A DNA stretch of 64,000 nt from Antedon mediterranea (taxonomy: Eukaryota > Animalia > Echinodermata). Below are positions 1 to 11,706 of this stretch, piece by piece. Within the stretch, counting starts at the first letter, position 1, and each line of letters starts with the position of its first letter. The DNA is taken from assembly GCF_964355755.1 (NCBI RefSeq), contig NC_092672.1, positions 10,168,001 through 10,232,000 of the forward strand. The letters run 5' to 3'. The translations under genes and the position numbers were made by a program. Under the pieces are notes generated by a model. It was given only the letters and a program-made list of their open reading frames with translations, had not been told where the DNA came from and did no database searches.

Positions 1-867
1 CACCAATCGTCATGCAGTACACACCAAACATCATGCAGTACACACCAATCGTCATGCAGTACACACCAATCGTCATGCAGTACACACCAATGGTCATGCA
101 GTACACACCAATCGTCATGCAGTACACACCAATCGTCATGCAGTACACACCAATCGTCATGCAGTCCAATATTGCGTAATTTATACCGCCACCTATCGAC
201 AAAATCAAATATCACGTGACTTTTATTAGACGGCTGTAAAACTAAGGCTATATACAAACTTTATACTACAGCAACTCACGCTGTCTACTACTACACCGCA
301 CGTGCTTTACGTCCTATAGATTCCAAGATTTATTTAATAGTTTTTCCAGCCATTTTAGTCATAAAGCACGTGCGGTGTAGTAGTAGACAGCGTGAGTTGC
401 TGTAGTATAATGTTTGAATAGCCTAGTTTTACAGCCGTCTAGTAAACGTCACGTGATATTCGATTTTGTCGATAGGTGGCGGTATAAATTACGCAATATT
501 TGACTGCATGACGATTGGTGTGTACTGCATGACGATTGGTGTGTATTGCATGACGATTGGTGTGTACTGCATGACCATTGGTTTGTACTGCATGACCATT
601 GGTGTGTACTGCATGACGATTGGTGTGTACTGCATGACGATTGGTGTGTACTGCATGATGTTTGGTGTGTACTGCATGACGATTGGTGTGTACTGCATGA
701 TGTTTGGTGTGTACTGCATGACGATTGGTGTGTACTGCATGACCATTGGTGTGTACTGCATGACGATTGATGTGTACTGCATGACGATTGGTGTGTACTG
801 CATGACAAATGTGAACTGAAGGCAGAGGAGGCGTTCCATACTAAAATGCCTATAAGCCTACACTGTG
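1..867. mobile_element. Foldback-type element: long inverted repeat with an outer 21-bp tandem array, inner unique arm and 52-bp loop; left end lies outside the window
   Basis: 1-309 is the reverse complement of sequence starting at 362 (gcacgtgcttta / taaagcacgtgc), leaving a loop at 310-361. The unit GTACTGCATGACGATTGGTGT occurs about 8 times on the left (truncated) and about 14 times on the right (502-806). The right end is tentatively placed at CACTGTG (861-867). Confidence 0.8.
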
Positions 868-3015
868 GCATAGCCGGGATTGAAGAATGGTTTAATCTTT
901 CTGAGATAGGTGGGTGAAATGCAAGAACTTTGTGGAAATAACATTATAGCCAAATCCTACGTTGTTTTTACAAACAGTGAGTGCAGTTAGCACACACTAT
1001 ATGCAACGTGGTTGCAACTATGCAGTTCATTTAGCCTACTATCGTTATCTTTACAGTATTATTTCAGTTGTATTGTATTATGGTACGATTTATGCTTAAA
1101 TCTAAATTTCAATAACTTTGATCTGTTCTCTGTTACTCACTTCCATACGACTTTAGAAAGATCGAGGACCAAGTTTAACCGACGAGTCTACAGTATAGAG
1201 AACCATAGAAACAGAGGTAAACATCTGTATCAAACATAATTATACTGTGCTGTTCTTATTCCAGCAAATAATGGCATTAATACGCATTACAAATAACTGG
1301 ACTAGTATTTTAAAGTACCTTAAAGCAATTAGTAGATGTAGCATCAAATTGAAACTCTTGATAGGCTATATACATATATAGCCTACTTGCCATATATACT
1401 TGCCATAAGTATAAAACGTGATGTGTAGGCCTACATTATTTGTGACAATCGAGTCGGTTTGTTAGCAAATTTTATTTTGCCAAGCAAACTTTTATTATGA
1501 TTAATATCATAATCTCTTTTGATAGTTATAATATAAAACATTAAAAAAATCCCATAATGAATTCACTACGGTTTTTGTTCAATATGTAGCCATGGCGACG
1601 AACATTTCAACAGTTAATAATCTTGATATACGTCGCATTGAATCATTGTGCTTGATCTATTCTTGTTTCTGTTTTTAATTTACGTATTTCTTCTTCCAAT
1701 TCAGTATTACAAAAAAAATACTCATTGAACTTTTTGACCATTTTGACTTATATAATGGCAGTTTTCTATATTAAAACGGGCTTACATATACGAATAACGA
1801 ATAGTATACTGGTTCATGTGTAGGCCTACCTGTATTTTATTCATTACTATTCCATGATACAAGCCACTATTCATCCCATGTTACAACTGTATCAAAGCAA
1901 TACTATTAGTAAGATATGCACGTTTTGTTTCAATTTGGGAAGATGTTTTAAACACCTCTTATCTAAATGTATTCAATCCTTTAACGAATATTCAATATTA
2001 TTTTTTTAAGTTGTCTAATTCATTCTTTGCGACACACATATCAGTTACTATTTCACATGAATATCAATTATCAATAACATGTATGATTAAATTAAACACC
2101 TTTACCTTATATATGTCTATGAATATGTAAATACCGTTTGTATCGTATTGTATACAATTTATATTCGTACACTCTGAAAGCATCAAACACCCAAATCCCC
2201 ATCAACCATAACTCATAAAGCAGTGCGAGGCAATTAAACCTAAACTGCACTTAACACACTCGTGATGTTGATGTGGTCACTCGGGAAATTATTGTTGTTG
2301 TCATTAAAGCGTGGATCACATATCGCGTAAATGGTCAGTGAAATATTGATATTGACTACAAACGTTCCAACGATGACATACTGGATGGTTATAAACACCA
2401 CGTGTAACGATAATCACTGTTTGAACGTCCGCAATTTTAAAGATGAGGTAGGCCTACTATGCAAAATTCAAACGCTACAAACGCATTTCGCTTTAACGAT
2501 AGCTTAAACGTACGCAATACAAAAGGCAAATAAACAGACGCCATTACAAGTGATAGTATACCGTTTTACGATGACGTAAAAGAAGTTCACAATCAAAACT
2601 TTTTTTAAAATGTATTATTGCTAAATCTTCGAATGAATATTAATTTCACGACGACGATTACACGCATTTGAGCTGTGACGTACATGACCATGATCCCTAG
2701 TGGTCGCGCGTAACTGTGTTTACGTGTCACGGAGCCGATCCAAACAGATTAAATATGAACGCTTCTAAATTGATGCAATTTACTATAAATATCAGTTATT
2801 TCGATCTTCTCATCTTAAACTTCACTCACATTTGAAGCTTAGGTCTTCAATTCCTAATTTAAGTGTTGCGTTAAGTAGTGACCTATTTATATTCATGCAG
2901 TTAACTTGATTTACTAAAAATGAATACGGATCTATTTTACACGTGGACTGCGATACGTACTGTACGTGGTAAAAAACGCACGGTAGGCCTATGTTGTCAT
3001 AAACAGCAACAGACA

Positions 3016-3255
3016 TTACCTTAACGCTGAGAAAAATGATGAGTTGCTTCCCCGGTGGAAACCATGTACGTAGGCGAAATCAAACCTACTCGGTTTGCTC
3101 GCCAACGTTAGTTGCCGTAGACTTTGACCTGTTTCACCACCGCATACTTTGCTTTCCTCTGTTCTTGCGTTGTTACGTGAAATGAAACTGGTCGTAGCGA
3201 TGTTTGCATCATTGCTGCGTCGACTGTTCCCACCTGTGACTACGCAATACGGCAC
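3016..3255 (-). pseudogene. Possible decayed THAP zinc-finger N-terminus (transposon relic)
   Basis: The start (M/V)PYCVVTGGNS...TSF resembles the THAP pattern MPxCxVxGCxN...SFH, but it begins with GTG, has lost the second Cys, and has no in-frame W/CxxHF. It lies in a locally GC-richer patch. Confidence 0.3.
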
Positions 3256-3849
3256 TTCGATACGTCGTTTATTGTTTCTACCATTTTAGGAATGTCAATT
3301 AATTAGGATCACGATCATCAGATGTCAGACAATTAGGGCTACATACTAGTTCATTTAAACAAAATTCCCTTTGTACCATTTTATTATAAATTCCAAATGG
3401 TACGCGTTTTATTTTACTTTTAATCTCCATAATTATATAGCAGACTCGCGTAACAGGCTTTGTTAAACTCTAAAGCTACGAAATGACCAACATTAGTATT
3501 ATATAGATTTTAAATTATTCTTATCAGGATTATTTTAATTTTTCACTAGAGGTTATAATGGGCCACTTAACGTATTATGGATTTGTATGCTATTGATCCT
3601 GCTATAACTTGTAATGAATTAAATTGATATGCATTAGACATTTGTTATTATATTATTTAAGAGATACGCAAATGAGTAATAAAATATAACATATTAGAAA
3701 AACAATAGGCAAAACCTCAATCATGATTCTAATGTTTCAATTTAATCGTTAGATATATCATCTTAACGATGTTTGATAATTTCGATAGAACACTGCTGTG
3801 GCATTTTAATTATGAACATTTTGTTGAACACGATTGAACATGAGCATTG

Positions 3850-4745
3850 AATCTAGATGAACATACTGTTCATGTTCAACCTACTTGAACATACTGTTCA
3901 TGTTCAACCTACTTGAACATACTGTTCATGTTAAATCTAGATGAACATACGATGCGTGCTCGATCTAGATGAACATAGTGTTCATGTTCAATCTAGATGA
4001 ACATACTGTTCATGTTAAATCTAGATGAATATACTGTTCATGCTCGATCTAGATGAACTTACTGTTCATATTCAATATAGATGAACATACTGTTCATGTT
4101 CAAGCTAGATAAATATACTTTTTATGTTTAATCTAGTTAAACACACTGCTTATTTTCAATCTACTGTAGATAAACACATGGTGCATGTTCAATCTAGTTA
4201 AACATACTGTTTATTTTCACTTTAGATGGACATACTGTTCTTGTTCAGTCTAAATGAACATACTGTTAATTTTCAATCTAGATAAACACAAGGTTCATGC
4301 TCAATCTGGATGAACATACGGTTCATGCTCGATCTAGATGAACATACTGTTCATGTTCAATCTAGATGAATATACTGTTTATGCCCGATCTAGATAAACT
4401 TACTGTTCATGTTCGATATAGATGAACATACTGTTCATGTTTAATATAGATAAACATAATGTTCATTTCAATCTGGATAATCACACGTTTCATGTTCAAT
4501 CTCAGTTGAACATACTGTTCATTTTCACTCTCCATGGACATACTGTTATTTTTCAATTTAGATGAATATACTCTTCATGTTCAATCTAGATGAACAAACT
4601 GTTCATGTTCAATCTAGATGATCATACTGTTCATGTTCAATCTAGTTAAACACACTGTTCATTTTCAATATAGATAAACATACTGTTCATTTTCACTCTA
4701 GATGGACATACTGTTCATGTTCAATCTAGCATTAACCTATATGTT
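3850..4745. repeat. 28-bp minisatellite with an internal hairpin in each unit
   Basis: Consensus TCTAGATGAACATACTGTTCATGTTCAA; TCTAGA at 3964 and 3992 gives the 28-bp period. About 30 degenerate copies, with weaker remnants to ~4860. Confidence 0.95.
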
Positions 4746-5714
4746 CAATCTGTTGCAAATACAGTCTGTTCATGTTTAATACACTAGTTACAGACTATTC
4801 ATGTTCAATTTGTATATAATTGAACGTGAGCATAGTTATATTGAACATACACATGCTCAGCCTCATAATTGTCGTGTTCAATATAACTTTATGCGAATGT
4901 AAATGAAAATTATTTTGTATAGTTAAATTACATTACATATACATCATTTATGTCATGGTGATTCTATGCAAACATCAATATAATATTCGTAATAATAATA
5001 ATAATAATAATTTTCTAGCTACTGTCTATGTACAATACTATTGTTCATGTTCAATGTATGTATGTATGTGAATATGTTCTATAACGTAAGCATTGTATTG
5101 ATATTATAAACAGTGATAAGATATTCCATAACCTGCTATCTTGACCATAGTAAAACGAGACCACGTATGTTTTTAGCAGAATGTCTATATGTGAGTGCAA
5201 CATAAATCGAGCACGATCATCACGTATGGCTCAGAATGTGCGTGCTTTAACAAACATTCAGAACCAATATCTTGTTTTCAGTAACCGAATACATGTCTCA
5301 CTTACGTGTGAGGGCACTCACGTGATCAATATTTAATCATATTGAGGGCAGATTTCAATACCAGATATATGACGTCTTTAAGTCTCCACTCCTAATCCCA
5401 TCCGGTAAAAAAAGCATCATTGTAAGTGTTACGGTGTATAAGTTATCTACTCATTGTGTTCGTACTCATATTATCAGCATTTTTTATACTACAATGTATC
5501 AGAAATGACGCAATCATAATGTCTTATAACAGTTGTTTATATAGCCCATTAGCTCATATAGTACTTTTATGAATAAGCCTAATCATCATCGGTTCCAATT
5601 TTACACATGAACGTACAGTTTCTGTTTCTGTATTTTTCATCGATCTCTTTGTATTTATATGTTAAATCAATATCCCGATTATTCTAGTTGTGTGTTGCTG
5701 CTATACATAACATG

Positions 5715-5800
5715 ATAATAATAATAATATTCTGGATTTATATAGCGCCTAATGTTGTGAAACCTCTAAGCGCTGAACATTATTACCCCAGACACACTGC
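5715..5800 (-). mobile_element. Probable 3' end of an L2/CR1-type LINE or its SINE
   Basis: An (AAT)n run is followed by TTTATATAGCGCC...AAGCGCT, a pattern typical of L2-clade tails read in reverse. A similar motif occurs at ~15426-15470. Confidence 0.35.
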
Positions 5801-6790
5801 GCCACACGCCCAAACTAATGTATAGTATATAAGGTAACATGGTATACTGGCATTTCCAGTTTTTTTTCTGAAGATAATTTCATGATGGAAATTACTATTA
5901 CAGAATAAAATTACCACTCATTGTTTGAGGATAACTCTTCTGCCAATGTGAAAGAACCAAAATATAAGAGCATTTGTTGGAATAATTAGTAAAGCTTTTA
6001 TTTTCATTTCTGAAGCCAACTGGTATAGATACCACCGAACTATATAGCTGTTTCATTGTGACCAGGCAAACAATAAGCCTAAAAACTACCATGTCCAGGT
6101 CCAGTATTTTCAACCCCGTATCTGTATGCCTAACGTGCTTTAAACTGTCGAATAGATAGTGTGAAAACTAACGTGGATGATGTGATTGGAAATATTGCAC
6201 ATCCGAGAGAGGATGATATTCCCTGTGGATATCGGAGTTATTAGATTCCGTGATGTAACCTTTGTATAAGATTGCTTGTTTCATGAAGCCAATCTCGATA
6301 TTCATCGCATTTTAATCGAATCCTATAAACAGTAATGTAAAAGAATGTTTCAAAAGTTATAATGAGCAAGCATGAGATATTAAAATGTATACTTCATTGT
6401 ATTGATGTTGCTGTGTGAAATTTAACTTCGCCGAAAATGAGTATATTATATGCTGATGCTATACTCTTGATGTTTAGCTGAAATTTGTTATTTATTAGAA
6501 TAAAATTATACTATAACATTTAAAAATAAATTATTCGGTGATTTAATGTCAATGCACAAACTGAATCATCTAGTATTCTATTTTTTCTCTATCTTTCGTG
6601 AGAGCAACCCACGTGTATTTGCATGTGAAATAAAAAAATAAAAGAGCGTTATATAGCAGGTCTTTAAAATATAATTTAGAATTGTCTCTCTCAGAACATT
6701 TTATTCCAAACCGCCCGGTGATATACTGAAATTTAATTAATTCATTTGAAACGATAAAGATTAGGAAATCTGTAAGAACGAGAAAAAATC

Positions 6791-6862
6791 GCTCCAACCG
6801 AGAATCGAACCCGGAACCTTATGCTTGAAATGCACATTTCCTAACCATTAGACCAGTGGGGC
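6791..6862 (-). tRNA. tRNA-Glu(TTC)-like sequence, probably a pseudogene or repeat-borne copy
   Basis: Minus strand reads GCCCCAC TG GTCTAATGGTTAGGA A ATGTGC-ATTTCAA-GCATA AGGTT CCGGG-TTCGATT-CTCGG TTGGAGC. It has A and B boxes, a TTC anticodon and a T6 run immediately downstream; the acceptor stem has two mismatches. Confidence 0.6.
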
Positions 6863-8230
6863 TTTCATGGTATTGTTTAAACTCGATTGAATAGCGACTA
6901 TATATAATAAAAAGGACTGTATTTATTATGTATTATTGTTTTATACCACTTTTATGATCTTTACATAAACCAACGAAATATATATATAACGATCCACAAA
7001 TATAGAATATATTTACAGACATAAAGACTACAAATCGAATAAGTTAAAGTTGTAAAAAATGACATGAAACATAATATTGATTAGTTATGGGAATTTGGGA
7101 ATTTTACGAAATTAAACATAGGTAATTAAGGTTGTGATGGCGATAATTAGCCGACTCAAGGACTTTTTGTTCGATATCAGTCACCATAGAATTAACACGT
7201 TCGTAAACAAAATGGCAGCTTTACGCTTCATACCATGGCGACATCGAGAAATAACTGATTGAAGTATAATTTTAAATTGAAAATAGATAACAGGCAGGAG
7301 GCCTCGAATATTTCTATTATTCATAATATTATATTTACTGTATATATATATATATATATACTAAAGTATAATCATTTCCAGAAGCACAGATATGTACCTA
7401 ACATCCCTTTGTAATGTTTTTAAAATTCTGTCGTTCTGTAAATTTAAAGATATATTGTCCACATGAATGAAAATATATTTTCTAAATCGCGTTGTTGAAT
7501 ATACCATTTTATATCACATAATAGGCTTGTTATTTACTTTGACTAAACATTGGATAGAGAAAAAAATTAACTGAAATAAAAATCTAATTTTCTGTCAGAC
7601 AATCTTTTTGTTAAATGTAACCGTTTATTTTTAAAGTGAAAGCATTTTTTTTTGTTCATTTTTATACAAAATAATATTTAAGTACGACAACTTTAAAGTT
7701 TCAAATTACTTTCGTATTATATACTACAACAATTATAGAGAGAAAGGGCGATGTCTAATTTTAGTAGATGTACTACCATAATACAACCTCAGGGCGCTAA
7801 TTTCCCCTATGTTTTAAACAGGGAAAAGATAATGCTTTATGTTACAAAACTCCTGGTATATTTATAATTTTAAATATTTTTTTTTAATGAACAAATTAGA
7901 GAAAAAGTCTTACTTAATAACTGAAGATTAGAGTCTACATGCTCAGAGTGTACATATAACATCTTCAACAACTTCATATAGTATTTATTGTAGACCTATC
8001 TGTTTTCTATTTCATACCTTTAAGTGGCAACTTTCGTCTGTTGGTTTGATGAAATAAAATAAAATTTAACTACAGTACGCTTTACTGTAATAGGTAAAAA
8101 GGCGCTTTTTATTTACATTTTTTAGTTAATAAAATGTGTTTAGATATAATAAAATTGTACATGCAGTATGCATTTTGTTACTGATATTCTATTTATGTGT
8201 CATGTTTTTCTTTTTTTTATATACCAACAG

Positions 8231-8587
8231 ACGATAAGCTTGTTCCACCAAAATTTTACATTCCGAAGGAAACTATACAAAACAGTGAAGTGACCATAAA
8301 ATGGGAGAAACCGGAAGGTCCAGCAGCGGGCTACTACCTTATATATTACGTCTGCACTACCCCACACATTAGAATAACAATCACTATACCGACAAACACT
8401 ACAGAATATAATTTGGAAGATTTGACGCCTGACACTTCATATGTCATGTACATGCTGTCGTATTCTATAAAGACACATACCCTTACGTTCTATGATAAAG
8501 AAACAAACATGACTTTGAAGGTCGACAGAAAACAGGAGAGGTACAGTAAAGCATCAGATGATACTTCACTTAAAACACCTTTACGAG
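8231..8587 (+). CDS. FNDC5: FNDC5/FNDC4-like (irisin-type) protein, fibronectin type III exon
   Basis: Acceptor ccaacAG before 8231 and donor GTAAG at 8588, both phase 1. FN3 signature VTIKWEKP...GYYLIY...YNLEDLTPDTSYVMYM...SKAS...LKTP. Confidence 0.85.
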
Positions 8588-11385
8588 GTAAGATTAGAAT
8601 ATTGCATTGATTGACTGATAACATTTTAATATTGAGCTTTCTATTTGCGACGAACGACAACCAAACTACCCGTACATCATGTTAGTTCATTGTGCGCATT
8701 CGGGAATAGTGGGACGTGTACCTTCGATTTTTTAACCATATTTAATGAGGGTGATTCACCCAGCAATTGCTAATCATTAGGGACCCTCAGAGGTTCCCAA
8801 GACAAACATATACACAAGATGCTCTACATAAACAAAGTCTTATTAATTAAGTCTTTGCGAGTGAAGTTGTAATTTTGTCCTTAGAAAAAATCCAGACATT
8901 GACAAAGCTTTAATGGTTTCTAGGCTCAGGCGACGACCGACGACACACCGGTCTTAGGTTGGTCTTCAATGATCGAAAATCGAAAATCCCCTAATACCTG
9001 AATATTTGATACTGATATTATTTTTGCACGCGGTTATTTACCGATTTCAAACGGTGTCTTTGTTTCTCTAAAAACAATAAGAACGGTAATACATTCTGCT
9101 TGCAAGCCCGTTGACCTAGTACTAGGACTTGTCTCGTTTCTTTGAGCATGCGTAAAAATAAACCTAATACACACTAAGTAAAATTATATGCGTTTAGAGT
9201 TGTAAGGTTTCTGTTACCTATACGTCATGAAAATTATAAATTCGTAAAATTTCCGATTGACATAATATACATTACCACATTAACCTAACCTACAGTGTAC
9301 ATAACTAATATCAATACATTAGAAAACATTAATATGAACTAGATTTGAACTAGACACCGTGATTACGCAAAAACGCAACGCATGCTGATTCTCAACAATA
9401 TAATAATATCAATGTACACCAATTCAGAGTTCTTTATTGCACGTTGTTTGAGCGGGAAAGTGTGCTATCTCAATAACATGAGGAATATAATAATATTATA
9501 GTGCTATCATTATGTCATAAAAAAACAGAAATAATTAAGTGTACACCATAAAGTTCATTCACATTTGTTCTGATTTCAGTCCTGATTTCGTTTCAAATTG
9601 TATCGCTGCTTACGTCACGTACAGTATAATGATTAGACGTGTTGATATCCAATTGGTCAGAAGTTATTTCAGACTAAAGACCATTGGAACCAAACGGATA
9701 TCCCTCGACAGACGTGCGAGTGCCTTCAAATGGACATAAGCCTATTCTAAACATTGATTTATTACCAGGACAGATGAATCCTAACTGTTCACAAATCACA
9801 AATCCATAACAAATGATCTTTAATTTATGAAGTAATTAATCATTCAGATTAAATCAATAGGGAGTAAAAACTATCAAGATATAATTGGTTCGTATTATCT
9901 ATATACAGTTAATAGTGTTTATATGCCCTATGAGGATCAATGAGCAAAGTTAGGGCTAGAATTTTTTTTTATATTTTTGGATTGAAAACTGACTTGTGGT
10001 GAGATGATATTTAGTAGACATTAAACATTTTTTATAGCACACACGTGGCATGAAAATGCAAACAAAGCTATACATTCTGTCTGTAAATATTTACAATACA
10101 CTCGTGATGGATTTAGTGCATACATAGTCAGGTAGTTTTGTTTTGTTTTTGGTCAGAAAATAAGCAGAATATATTATGTAAATTGAGAAGAATTCATCCA
10201 TATTTGTTTCTTTTAGATAATTGGATTATACTGTAGGTAGGTTTGATTGTCAATGTCCATAATGCCCTTGTCATCAGCAAAATAAATGGATTTATAATTT
10301 CTTTACATTTCAAATTCTATTTCTTTCGAAGCCTTCGGCATCAAGCGTCATTTCTACAGTTTCAGTAAAATGCCGCCTACACGAAACGAATATTGAATTT
10401 AAGGCTGACATGTGACATCCAGAAGTTGTGTTTTGTATATATTTGAATATGCGCATAACAAAAGTTTAAGCTATTTATGTTTTATCTTTCTTACTTTTAA
10501 AACCCGAGATACTATTTTTAATCTATCCGGTTTGTATGGTGGCCAAATAACTAAACCGACAAAATGGTATTTTTCATTCAATTCCGAAAAGTAATTGGCC
10601 TAAATGTTCTGTAACTCAATATTAAACCAGCCATCCACCAGTAAATACACTTTACTGTTTCAGTCTACACTGGATACTATCTGTGTCCTCCGATGAGTTG
10701 CATACTATAATGTGGGTCGGAATCTCTTTGTTGGGATTATAATACCTGAATAAAAGTCGGCCGTTTCATCAGAGCATCCCTCTTTCTCAACCGTGACATA
10801 GCTTTAGCACTAAGTTTTGACAGAAAAGTTATTTTATTCCAATCACCAAACCACTCACCGGCAGTATGCGATGCTAATGCCTGCTAACTATAAAGAAATA
10901 TTAATGTAACTGGTCAAATAACTAGGCCTAATATGCTATAAAATATATACTTTTTTTTCTATATTAAAAAATTGTTTTCTAAATTAAAATTTGGTAAGGT
11001 AATTTCCTTTTTTCCATTTTAATGTACGCAATATAAATAGACTGTAAATTCTAATAATCGCTTTAACTTATAGCATGTCCTTTCTATTCCCATTTGCAAG
11101 CTTAGTATATTTTCTGCCGTGACGCAATTTCTAAGTAATTTATGATCATCGCTGTTTTCTAACAACCAATGTTGAATTGAATCTAAGTAGTATCTTGACA
11201 ACATAGCCCATGGCCCGTTACGATCATGAACATGAAGCACGCGTCCTGCCCACGACCTTTGCACATTAAGTAATTGAGCAAGGAAAAATGCCGAGTAGCT
11301 TACAATACATCATTTACATTATCTATATACTTTTTTTTTTAATACTGTACTAGAATAGTAATTATGGATGCTATATATATTTTAA

Positions 11386-11706
11386 AGATGTATTGTCCCC
11401 CTGTAAAAAATAATTCTTAATAAAATGTTAAATATTCCATTTTAATGTAACATAATAGTTATCCACTTTGACCAAAATTGGATAAAAAATATATTTACCT
11501 GAAAAAAACATTTAAAGCAAAATTGGCTGCCAGCTAGTGGGTTTTTGGTTGATTTTAACGATTTATTTTGTCAATTTATAGGTTAAAACATTATTTTTTT
11601 AATTATTGTTTCTATGGAAGTGAATACCTTTATTAAAACTACAAAAAAACATATTCAAAGTCTGATTTAATTAATCTTTTTTATGTTTTGGGGGGACAAT
11701 ACATCT
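11386..11706. mobile_element. Non-autonomous DNA transposon with TTAA target duplication (Kolobok-like)
   Basis: TTAA|AGATGTATTGTCCCC ... GGGGACAATACATCT|TTAA: a 15-bp perfect terminal inverted repeat with RR...YY ends. Confidence 0.8.

Noticed and set aside
449-871. Overlapping repetitive ORFs (CSTHQSS, CMTIGVY, MQYTPIV, HDDWCVL repeats)
   Set aside because: They result from a 21-bp unit, a multiple of three that is open in several frames on both strands; there is no codon-position bias or gene context.
3850-4745. CRISPR-like array of 28-bp palindromic repeats
   Set aside because: The units abut with no unique spacers, there are no cas genes, and the context is eukaryotic.
8197-8230. 5' extension of the FN3 ORF as an N-terminus or signal peptide
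   Set aside because: It starts at GTG and is the polypyrimidine tract of the splice acceptor.
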